A stretch of 64,000 bases of DNA from Dimorphilus gyrociliatus. Lineage: Eukaryota; Animalia; Annelida. The stretch is from NCBI GenBank assembly GCA_904063045.1, contig CAJFCJ010000037.1, forward strand, positions 62,001-126,000. The letters are read 5' to 3'. A model generated the notes under the pieces. The model saw only the letters and a list, made by a program, of their open reading frames with translations. It was not told the DNA's origin and ran no database searches. A program made the position numbers and the translations under genes. This document shows, one piece after another, positions 22,839 to 34,400 of this stretch; the stretch's first letter is position 1, and the number at the start of each line of letters is the position of its first letter.

Positions 22839-24218
22839 ATGTCGAGAATAAAAACAACAAATGGTTTGATGACTATTTGCAAAGGACTCAGATTCTCTTC
22901 AAATACATTAAAGATTCTTGATTTACGTTTGTGTGACTTAAGCGATAAACAAGGGACAGAGATTGGAAAATTACTGGAATATTGTTGCAGAATACAAACA
23001 ATAAATCTATGTGGTAATGAAGAGATGGATAATGGAATAATAAATGTTTGTGAAGGACTTAAAATGTCTTCAAGTACTTTGAAAAATCTTAATATACAAT
23101 GGTGTAATTTAAATGAAGAACACAGTACAGAGGTTGGAAATTTGCTAAAACATTGTTCCAGAATTGAAACAGTGAATATAAGTTCAAATAGAGATATGGG
23201 TAATGGTATATTAAATATTTGCCAAGGGCTTAAAATGTCATCAAATAGTCTGCGGAATCTGGATTTAGAATGGTGTAATTTAAATGAAGAACAAAGTAGG
23301 GAAATTGGAAAATTATTAAAACATTGTTTTAGTTTAGAACTAATAAATCTGTCTGGGAATGAAGGGATGGGTAATGGAATAAGGAATATTTGTGAAGGAC
23401 TGCAAAAGTCATCTAACACTTTGAAAAGTCTTCTTTTCAATAATTGTAATTTAAGTGAAGAACAGAGTAGAGAAATTGGAAATTTACTAAAAAATTGTAC
23501 AAGAATAGAAACAATAAATTATTGTGGAAATGCAAATATGGGTAATGGAATATTGGAAATTTGTATAGGACTGGAAATGTCAACATCTACTTTGAAAAAT
23601 ATTGATTTCCAATGGTGCAATTTAAATGAAGAACAAAGTAAAGAAATTGGAAATTTGTTAAAACTCTGTTGCAGATTAGAAGGTATAAAACTTTGTGGGA
23701 ATACAAAGATGGATAATGGACTAATGAATATTTGTGAAGGACTTAAAATGTCTTCAAACTCTTTGAAGAATCTTGATTTGCTTGCATGTAACTTAAATGA
23801 AGAACAAAGTATAGAGATTGGTGAATTGTTGAAATATTGTTTTAAAATAGAAACAATAGGTCTGTCAGAGAATACAGAGTTTGGTAGAGGATTATGGAAT
23901 ATTTGTGAAGGACTCAAAATGTCATCAAATTCTTTAAAGACTATCATGTTTCAGTGGTGTAGTTTAAATGAAGAACAAAGTACAGAGATTGGAAAATTGC
24001 TTAAATATTGTTCCAGAATAGAAATAGTATTCCTATGTGGGAATGCAGAGATGGGCAATGGATTTTTGAATATTTGTAAAGGACTCCAAATGTCAACAAA
24101 TACTCTGAAGAAACTTGATTTAAAATGGTGTAATTTGAATAAAGAACAAATTGAAGAGATTGAAAATTTGTTAAAACGTTGCATCAAAATAAAAGATAAA
24201 AACTTATTTGGGAATTGA
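22839..24218 (+). CDS. Ribonuclease-inhibitor-type LRR-only ORF (459 aa; about 8 tandem 57-aa A/B units), probably 5'-damaged
   Basis: Unit ICEGLKMSSNSLKNLDLxWCNLNEEQSxEIGxLLKxCxRIETINLxGNxxMGNGxxN repeats every 171 nt. An LRR-like frame (NLDYDSCFLNSEQ) just upstream is out of frame. Confidence 0.75.
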   Translation: MSRIKTTNGLMTICKGLRFSSNTLKILDLRLCDLSDKQGTEIGKLLEYCCRIQTINLCGNEEMDNGIINVCEGLKMSSSTLKNLNIQWCNLNEEHSTEVGNLLKHCSRIETVNISSNRDMGNGILNICQGLKMSSNSLRNLDLEWCNLNEEQSREIGKLLKHCFSLELINLSGNEGMGNGIRNICEGLQKSSNTLKSLLFNNCNLSEEQSREIGNLLKNCTRIETINYCGNANMGNGILEICIGLEMSTSTLKNIDFQWCNLNEEQSKEIGNLLKLCCRLEGIKLCGNTKMDNGLMNICEGLKMSSNSLKNLDLLACNLNEEQSIEIGELLKYCFKIETIGLSENTEFGRGLWNICEGLKMSSNSLKTIMFQWCSLNEEQSTEIGKLLKYCSRIEIVFLCGNAEMGNGFLNICKGLQMSTNTLKKLDLKWCNLNKEQIEEIENLLKRCIKIKDKNLFGN

Positions 24219-24924
24219 AAGATGAGTAATGGACTATTTGAATAATTGTAAAAGATTTCAAAGATTCTAAGGTAATTTTGAAGAGACATTGACCTTATGC
24301 AAAAGTATGTCAAACCTAGCAGATCTCTATTATTAGTGCTATCAGGACTAGTTCAACACTACTTTTCTATTGTAGAATAGAGCTTAAAAATACACATGTA
24401 CAATTTATCTGGACTTGTTTGAATAACTATTTAACATGCATTTGTAAAACCCTAACCCTAAATAGCAAGATTGTACAATAAATAGTAAACAAGTATATTC
24501 TTTTAGTAATGAATTGAAATACTACAGCAATTTTTCAAAAAAGTTGATTAATGTAATAAACAAGATTAGGGAGAGACAAGAGACATGTATTTTTGTTACA
24601 CATATTTCAACTTTCTCTTTATTTTGTGAAAACTGCGAGATTACAAAATCAAGATTAATCTCTTATTATAACAGATTTATTATATGATAGAAATAGGAGA
24701 TGAAAATTGAAGATTCTTTGTTGTTAGATAAATAAGGTGATTTGTTTTTTAAATACTATATCAATAGTCTTATCTTAATATTTAGAGAGTAATTTTATCA
24801 TATCAACAAGATTCCATCCTACTATAAGGTCTACAATGTCTTATAAACAGTGCAGTTCGGATAATAATAAATATGACACACCATGGTTTTCAAAAACTAA
24901 TGAATGAGCTCCTGATAAAAATAT

Positions 24925-25240
24925 CACAGTTCCCCCAGTTTTGTTGATTGTCAAATTTATTATCATTGCCAAAATGGCATTGGTTGGCCTCAAACCTGTC
25001 CGCCTGGTCACTTTTATGAACCAAAAATGAATTCAAGAGGGTGTACAATGAGTATGTACTTACCCAAAAAGGAGGCAAACTGTCGTACTGCAGGTAGTTG
25101 GGTCTAAGTTGTCAGCAGGGGGAGATTGTGAAACCATATGTGGTGAAGAAGAAATTCAGACTAGAAGGAGAAAGTGTGAAAATTCACCTCCATCTAATGG
25201 TGGAGATGACTGTCCAGGTGTTTCAATTGAGATAAGGTCA
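24925..25240 (+). pseudogene. Chitin-binding (CBM14/peritrophin-A) plus thrombospondin type-1 fragment
   Basis: CQIYYHCQNGIGWPQTCPPGHFYEPKMNSRGC, then after a frameshift DCETICGEEEIQTRRRKCENSPPSNGGDDCPG. Confidence 0.75.
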
Positions 25241-25655
25241 TACATGAATCCAACTGTACAGAATATGAATATACAACTTTAATGGTTTCAATGAAAAGGT
25301 CTGTCCAGTTGAACAAAGGCAAAGTTAAATGGAGTTCAGTTGATTTAAATATTAATAATCTCCTGGAAAGTAGGTGATTAGGAAAGTTTATTGAGAATTA
25401 CTGAACTAAATGCTATTTGCTTCCTAATCACTTAATAACTACCTGTATTGTGCAATATATTTTTACCCATTGCTTGAATTGTTAAGTAAAGTTTTTGTTA
25501 AGAATTTTATTTGTAATGTGTTTTTCACTTGAAAATATTTCATTACATTCATATTGAAAAAAATTTAGTTTGGGAAGAAATGAATCATTTTTTGTGCATT
25601 CCTTATAAAAGCTTTTGATGATAAGACTTTGTGTTAAAGGAAGTTTAGCTATAAA

Positions 25656-28600
25656 ATGAATTTAATATTTGTGAATTTTCTTATATATCTCATAGTTTTA
25701 CTTTCCTTTGCCAAAGGTTAGTTTTTTATTGTTTATCAAATAATTAAATAAAAACCTTATAATTCATTTTCTTTGTTGCAAAAACAAAAAAAAAAAGGTA
25801 AGATTGTATTTTGGCAATGCGACTTTGAAACAGATAATTGTTTACTGGAAACAACTGTACCAGATGATCTAAGAATTTACAAATTTCGTAGAGGACACTT
25901 AAATTCATCTTTAAACTCTACAGGTTTTTACATTATTAATCAATGATTAATTGTCTTTGTGTTATAATAATAACAATTTTTAGGAAAATGCATGTACGCA
26001 AAACAGAATAGTTCTTTTATCAAAGAAGCTTATCTATATTCGAAAAAATTGAAAATTCCAATAATTTCTACAATTTTTCTATGTTTAAAATTTGATCTTC
26101 TTCTAACATCTTTCACTGATAAACTATATATTTACGCATTGAAGAATGGACGTGTTTTACAAGTAAAAGTCTTTTCTGCAAGTTATTCTGATTATAAAAA
26201 ATGGATTACAAAAGAAATCAGTTTAAATGGCAATTTTGATCAGGTTTGAATGAAATATATACAGTCTACAATAAAAATATCAATATAATCAAGTCTGAGA
26301 GGTAACTATCCAACAGGAAGCTTATTACTAGATAGTCTTGATTTGTCATCTAACTGCTATATTGTCAGTTGGTCTAGGATTCATCAATGATGAAAACATC
26401 TATTTTAGCCATTGCTGATAGACATCCACCTCCCTATTCATTTAAAATTTTGTGGATGGTGTTTTTCAGCTCTTTTTATAATCATTTGATAAGCTTTTTC
26501 TTCCTTAAAGTCTTTGACAGTCTTTTCTGATAAGGAATTTTGATTTTTCAATTGATCTAGGTCATCTTGTTCTTTTTTTCCCCCCTTGTCAGCTATCTCA
26601 TTTGTGTATAGACATCAATACAGATATTTACGGTGTAGACTGTATATGTATACTATATTTAATATATTGTATAAAACAGCTATTCACTTTTTATAGTGCA
26701 TTATCAAAGCTGAAAAAGTCACTGAAAGTGATTCTATAGTGGCTATTGACAATATTGAAATAAATAGTTGTTCAAGTATGTTTGAATTATTTAATTATTT
26801 TCTTGAAATTAACTGAAAGATATGGATTAATTGTTATTTGTTTTGTTTTGTTGTTTGTCATTATAGATGATTTACCTACACTTTCTCCTCCATCTTCCCT
26901 ATCAGTAAAGTTGAATTGTAACTTTAACTTGAAAAATTTCTGTCAATACTCCCAGCAAACCAATGGAAGTAGTTGGCAAATAAATGATCCAACTATACAC
27001 TATTTACCACCTTATCAGGATGTAAGTAAAACAGGTAAATATATATAGTTTCCATCAATCATTAAAACTAATCTATATTTATCATTAAAGGACATTTTGC
27101 TCACATTAACTCTTACTTTTGTAAGAATGGAGTTATTGAAAGTTTCCACAGTCCTCTAGTAACAATCAATGAGAAAGGATGCAAATTTTCATTCTATTAC
27201 TTTATAAGTGGTAATAATGTTGCAAATGGTATAAAAATCTATACAAAAGGTAAGGGAAATCAACAAAATTTACTATTGGATAATCCAAGCTCAAGTGGAA
27301 ATGGATGGATTAAGAGAACAGTTGATCTTCCAGTTGGAAGCTATAATGTAATTTTTGATATTTTTAAAAAAGGATTGACAAAAGATTAAATCTATTTTAA
27401 AAAATTGGTTATAGATAATTTTTGAACGAGAATGTAAATGGTTCAGTAGTTATTCATTTGCCATTGATCAACTTAAAATGGAAAGCTGTAAAGTAGGGTC
27501 AGAAGAATCAACAGCAGCAACAACAGCAGCAACATCAACTGTAAGACCTATTGCTAATAGTAAGTATTAGTAGTGATTTCTTTGATATGCTCAATAAAAA
27601 TTTTAAGTAATTGGTTGATTAAACAATACAGAATATCCTCCCGAAAGATTGCAATGTACATTTGAGAAAGGATTTTGTAATTATACACAAAAGTCTAGTT
27701 TTAATTGGTCAATTGGCACAAAAACACCTTCATTAGAAACTGGCCCGCAACAGACATATTTTGGTCAATTTGTCTATTTTGAGGCAAGCTATGCCTATGA
27801 GACAGATGTTGCTATTCTAGAATCTCCAATTGTCTATATAAATAAGAAAATTTGTTTATCATTTATATATAATATGTATGGAGAAGATATGGGTCATTTT
27901 CTTGTCTCATTAGTCACTTTAGACAAAAATAAACAGATAATAGTTGGTAATGAAACTCTTCTATATAAACATGAAAATCAAGGAAAGCAATGGCTAAAAT
28001 TTTCACATACAATCCATGGAAATTCTTCTAAAATTGTGGTAAGATTCAAAAAAGAAATATTTCAAATATATTCGATTGTTTTTCAATTGTCATTAAACAA
28101 AGCAGTATCAGAGATTGCTGTTCTATGGATTTTATAGTAAAGGCTATACAGGAGATATTGCTTTTGATGAGATTAAAATAGCTGATGGAGTTTGCCAAAC
28201 ATCAAAACCAGGTTGAGACTATTTTTTGATTGTTAATTAATACTACTTTATTCCTTTGGGGTTATTTCTTCAGATATTGATATTAATAAGCCACTTTGCG
28301 GTAGAACTGGTAATATTAGTGCAGTAAAAAATGCTTCAATAGCAGACTTTCCATGGCATGTATGATAAAGTTTGGTTTGTTTTTTTAAAGTATTTTATAC
28401 AACACTTGTTCTAATTTAAAGGTTTGGATATATGGACTTATAAACAGTACCTATTACATTGTATGTGAAGGAGCAATTGTTCATAAAAGATTTATTCTAA
28501 CTACTGCAGCTTGTGAACTTGATAGGTAAAAAGAAAAATTGTTATATTCTCTCTTAAATACAATTTTTCTCTATTTGTTGAATTTTTCATTCAAAATTTT

Positions 28601-30442
28601 AGATATACAAAATTCTCAATTATTGCTGGATCTTCAAAGAGATATAGTGGAAAAGCATACTATGGAGAAAAGTTTATAAAACACTCAAAGTATAGCCATC
28701 TTCCAATTAATTATAATCTAGCTCTAATAAGGTTGGAAAAGGAGATTGAATTCAGTGATAAAATTAACCCTGCCTGCTTAATTGAACAAAATCTGAATGG
28801 AATGGAGGAATATGAATGCTATGTTACAAGTTATGGAACATTAAGTAAGAATGATAAAAGAGATGATTGTTTTTTTGTTTCTTTTTTAAATATCATTTTT
28901 GTATTTAAAGAGCCAAAAATTCTTACTTATAACCTTACAAAACTGCAACAAAATCTGGTTAATGAACAACAATGCAAGGAGTCTTTCTTCATCAACTATA
29001 CTTTATATCCGGAAACGCTTTGTGCAAAATCTTCCAAGACTTCTCAAAGTCAATCTATCTATGTACACAATTTTTGATAGTATTTTATTAAGATAAAAAC
29101 TTAATATCCATCTTTTTGTTATATCATTTTGCAGTACGATATAGGATCTCCATTAAGTTGTAAAGTTAATGGAAAATGGTTTGTTGGAGGAATTTTACAG
29201 AATTCGACCAAATTGTATAAAAATGGTTTAATATTATATTCACAAACTGGAAAAAATTACAGATGGATAGAGAAGACTATAAAAAATAATATTAACATCA
29301 AGTTAACAAGACCAACTGTTCCACCTTCACCTATGACTCAAAAACCTAAAATTAGGCCTACAGTTGGACTCAATCATAAAAATTGCGGTGTTCTAGGTAG
29401 TAGTCCATTAATTATTGGAGGAAGAAGGGTTACCTCTGCAGGGGAATTTCCATGGCAGGTAAAATTTTAAATTGGGGGAAGTAGGTGGAGATGAAAAGTT
29501 CATTTTAGTAAAAATACTACAATATCCTATATATTAGGTACAAATAATACAAACAACATATACAAACAACTTTGTTTGTGGTGGAATTCTTATTCATGAA
29601 CGATTTGTACTTACAGCTGCTTATTGCGTACCACAGTTCGTTTTTTATTTTTTACCATTTGTTTTAAATTTTAAATGTCATCAGACATAGTTGTTTTATT
29701 AATTAAGGATATCTGTTCAGAGCAGTAACCTTCATTGTAAAATTGGGATCTACTAAATTATACAATGGAAAACAATATAATGTGACAAAAATCCATATCC
29801 ATCCAGACTATAATGAGATTTTTAGCCAGAATGATATAGCCATACTAAAATTGGATAGAGCTGTTAAAATGTCAGATTCAATCAACACTGCTTGTTTAGA
29901 TAATCAACCTCTAACTGGTAATGAAGACTATAAATGCTACACTTCCGGTTTTGGATATTTATCACAAAATTGTAAGTGTAAAATTATTTTTCAAACATAA
30001 AATAATAAATGAGAATTTTGAAATAATATTATTTTTTTTTTAATTTTAGCCACAGATGCTAGTTCTTATTTGATGAAAACTAAAATTCAATTGAAAACAC
30101 AACACATTTGTGCTAATGAAATGATTAAGAAAGCTAATAAGCAAATAACACTATTAAATTATCCAGAAAAAATCTGTGGGTATGGTATTGAAACTGCTGA
30201 TTCTCAAATTTGCTATGTAATTGAAATTATCTTTTCAATATGTATATATATCATTTAATATAAATTTCTTTTAGGGTGATGGTGGAGGTCCTCTATCCTG
30301 TAATATTGGTGGGAAATGGACAGCAAGTGGAGTAGCTAGCTTGATTATTATAGGGTGTCTACATGGAAAATCTATATTTTCCCAAACAGCAAGCCAATAC
30401 AACTATATTAAAAAAGTTATTGAATATGAAGAAAACATGTAG
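25656..30442 (+). CDS. Secreted protein: signal peptide, 3 MAM domains and 2 catalytically inactive trypsin-like domains; multi-exon, apparently intact
   Basis: Signal exon MNLIFVNFLIYLIVLLSFAK. MAM starts CDFE, CNFN and CTFE, with ends VAIDNI, FAIDQL and DIAFDEI. Protease 1: LTTAAC, YNLALIRL, YDIGSPL. Protease 2: IIGG, LTAAYC, NDIAILKL, GDGGGPL. Stop TAG at 30440-30442. Confidence 0.85.
26262..26642. mobile_element. 381-bp Tc1/mariner-type MITE inside an intron of the MAM-protease gene
   Basis: TA|CAGTCTACAATAAAAATATC ... GATATTTACGGTGTAGACTG|TA gives 20-bp TIRs (16/20 match) with a TA TSD. Removing it leaves a normal-sized intron of about 70 nt from 26244-26697. Confidence 0.8.
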
Positions 30443-31439
30443 ATGAATGATATTCTTAATAATAAATTTCATTTAAATTCTTATAATCTCTCTCTCTCTC
30501 ACTAATTTTTATAGACCTAATGAAAAATGTGGAAATGATTATGCATAATTTTCAAAAAGTATATATATATATATATAGTATAAAAGACAGTTTGCAACCA
30601 ATTCTAAAACAAATACAACCCATCTCTTCAATATTGACTCATTCAATTTATCACAAACCTACAAGTAGATTAGAAGCTATTTATATTTTGATCAGAATGT
30701 AAAGTTCCATTATGCTAATTCCTAGAAAATAAAAGTTATTTTAATGTTCTATCATGTCTAATGTCTAAATATCATTATTTCCAAGAATTTTGAAAAATTT
30801 TCACAAACATCATGTTTACATTCCAAAAAAGATTTTCCTTCGGATAGGACAGAAAATGACCCCAAATGCATTGCTTTACCCTGAGTTATCCTTTGTGAAT
30901 CACTAACCTTTTTATTACCCCAAATTTTTCAATGGAACCATTCTAACTTCAAATCAATAAATACTTTTTTCAAATATCCTCTTGGGATAATTTTCTATTA
31001 ATTCATTTTCTTTCTTGCCAAAAACTCTAATCCAGCCAATGTTCGTTTAGAGAAAGCATTTCTGTTCTTGAGCAAATGTTTGACTCTTGTAAGCCTATGC
31101 TTGCCTCATGCGAAACCAGAGAATGGATGCATTAATGTGGGAAATAATCTCACCTTTCAGAGTTGAGAAGTGTCACAGAATTGGTGTTACAGGAAAATTA
31201 AAAAAAGACTAAGTCATATTTGGAATTAAAATGATCAAGGTTTAAAAAGTTACCTTGATTTTTCAACACAAGAAATAACTCTCTCTTTGTTTATCTTTGA
31301 TCACGTGATGTATGGTAACTGATTGTATAACTGCTCAAGATTTTTGAATAATGGCATTTTATCAAGTTTACATTGCAAAGAACATGGCATATTAAAAAAG
31401 TGACAATAAAAATATTATTGACTTTGATAAATAAAATGT

Positions 31440-34400
31440 TTATATATATCCTTTTCCCTTTTTGGCTTTAATAAATAAGAACAAAAATGTTAATATGGCA
31501 ATTGACACCATTACACCAACACTGGAAATAGCAATTATTAAATAAGTCATTTCAGAAGTTTTCTTAATAACTGTTTGTGAATATGATGTGGTATCAATAA
31601 TTTCTCCACCAGATGTAGTTAGGTAATTTGAAAATGCTTTAGTAGTAAAATCTGTATCTTCTTCTGTACTAAATTCATTCAGAGTACTTTCCTCATTTGG
31701 TAATGTACTTTGTATACTTTTAGAAATAGTTCCATCTTCAGGTTTTACAGTTGTAACTTCCACTTCTTCTCCTTGTTGAATATAAACAACAAAGGTGGAT
31801 GTACTTGAACAAGGATCATCAGATTTATCTAAAGCAATAAGACGATGTTCAAATCGTCCAACTGGAAGAGGATACTTTACTGTTACTATTTCTGTTGAAT
31901 TTCCTCTAACTTCAAAAATATTTGATTCTTTTTCAGTTTTCTCTAGTTTGTATGTCAGCTCTCCTTTCAAACCATAATCAAGGTCAGTTGCATCTATCCT
32001 TAATACCAAGGATCCTTGAGGTATACTTGAATTTAACAGAATCTTATCATTCAAAACTGGATGTTTAATTACTGCACATTTATTTACATCCTCAACATTT
32101 ATAGTTACAGAGGCTGAAGAAGATAACTTTGATAATGTATTTTCCATTGCTACTACTTCTACATTGTAACTTCCTGGTTTAAATTCTACATTAGATTGCA
32201 ACACGCCTGTTATTTCATCAATTGTTACAGAAATATTTGAGAAGCCTAAACTATAGAAGATTCCTTTAGTAGATCCTATATCTGTGTCATTAGCCTGAAT
32301 TTGTAATAAATATTCATTGTTTGAAATGAGTTCATCAACAACTACTGTATAATCATCACTTAAAAATTGTGGTTTATCTATATTTGGAACAGCTTTTTCA
32401 GAGCAATCCTCTCCTGTGAAACCATTTTTACATTTACAAACATTTGGTGCCACACATATGCCATTTCCTGAGCAATTTGATTGATTTTTACATGATGTTT
32501 CAGAGTATTTTGGTCCATACCATAAAAGATCACATGAACAATTATCAAATGAAATATAACTACCTCGACCTGAACAAAAATTTAATGATTCACATGAAAA
32601 TTCAGAACAAGTCATTCCTTCAAATCCTAGGTCACACTTGCACTCATTGGCTGAAATACATGTACCATTCAATGAGTATGGTGGATCACACTCTGGTACA
32701 CTACAATTTCTTCCAGTGAAACCACTATCACAGATGCACTCTGTTTCATTCTTACAAATTCCATGACCATTGCAATTCATTAAATCTGGACATGATTTTA
32801 AATGTTCACAATAATCTCCATGAAATCCATTATTACATAAACACTTATTGGGTGCAATACACTCTCCATTCAATGAACAATCTTTCTCACAAATTGCAAT
32901 TGAACAGGCATCTCCTTTCCATCCATCCTCACACAAGCATTCATCAAATCCCAGACAAGATCCATGATTGGTGCAGTAGTTCATATTCTCGCAAGAATAC
33001 AGTAAACAAGTTGGTCCTGTATATCCTACTTCACATTTACATTTATCATGATCAATACACACTCCATGGTTTGAACATCCCTTTTGACATATTGCTACCT
33101 CAGAACAATTATTACCTGTCCAACCTATTTCACACTCACAAACACCAGTTTTCACACAAATTCCTCTTGAAGAACAGTTTCCCTCACAGAATGCCTCTAT
33201 CTCACATGTTGATCCCTCAAAACCTTTAAAACAAGAGCAGAATCCTTCAGAACAATTACCATTGACACATTGATCACAGAACCCTATTTCGCAATATTCT
33301 CCAGACCATCCATCAATGCAAACACATACTTTATCTTGACAAGTTCCTCTATTTGAGCATTGATTTTTACATTGCTTCAATGTCAAAATACCTTGTTTGG
33401 CTATAGAAGGATCATCTGACATAACAACATCATATATACATCTTTTCTTGTCATCTTCATTCACATCATCACCTGCACATAACTCCGAAGCAAGATCAAT
33501 TTTTGATTGGTTAATATATTTGAGGCTATAAATAGGTTTATGAGAAGAGAGAGTATAACTAGAATCCATAACATCATCTTTATGAAAGTTAGATAGATGA
33601 AATGACCAAGTGTTTAATAGACCTCTATTTTGTCTATAGGTACTTGTCATTCTCCATGATTCAACAAAATCAATATGTGATGTAAAGTTTTCACCATTTG
33701 GGCCTTTAAAGTCATCACTGTCTTCATCATTCATCACTCCACATATGCCAGAAGTTTGATTAAACATTTTTTCACTGCCAGTAATTGACAAACTTAAGTA
33801 TTGACATTTCATTTTCTCACTGAATGATGTGATAACTGAGATTGATGATCCACTATTGTATTTGACTGATGTTATCAAAATAGTCGGATCTTTCTTGTTT
33901 ATGAGAGAAGATTTTGGTGAAATATCCAGACGAATTGTGTCATTGTCAAACTTATAGGAATGGTTACTGTTCAAGTTATCAATTAAAGATCCATCCAATC
34001 TTAGAGAAGGAAAATCATCAGCTGTTATATTTAGTTTAGTAGTCACAGTTAAAACAGATGAATTTCCTACTTTGATGACAATTGCTCCAATGAATGATGT
34101 AGTTTTATAAGCATAGAATCTATATTGATATGACAAAGATGGTGAAATACAGCCCCAAAATTTAACAATACCAAAGTAATCAAATGCTCTACCATCCAAT
34201 GTTTCTAAATGAGGATCACCCCAAGCTACCCTTGGATTACGTATTTCACAGGCGTTACCCATCCATTGTCTAAAGCATTGACAGGTTGCTTTACAATTCA
34301 TGACTGGTTTACAAATACCATGATTGTTACAATTTTTTGAAGGACTACAAACTGGTTGTTCACACTCTTTACCTTTCCTTTCAGATAGACAAATACCATT

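Noticed and set aside
22839-24218. CRISPR-like or other regularly spaced DNA repeat array
   Set aside because: The 171-nt periodicity is protein-coding LRR repetition. The sequence is eukaryotic and has no spacer structure.
22823-24313. Long minus-strand ORFs (205, 142 and 120 aa) opposite the LRR gene
   Set aside because: Antisense shadows of a repetitive coding sequence with no independent features.
26265-26365. Apparent MAM-like exon with an in-frame stop, implying the MAM-protease gene is a pseudogene
   Set aside because: It lies inside a TA-flanked MITE. The true exon (CIIKAEK...VAIDNIEINSC, 26698-26779) splices in frame.
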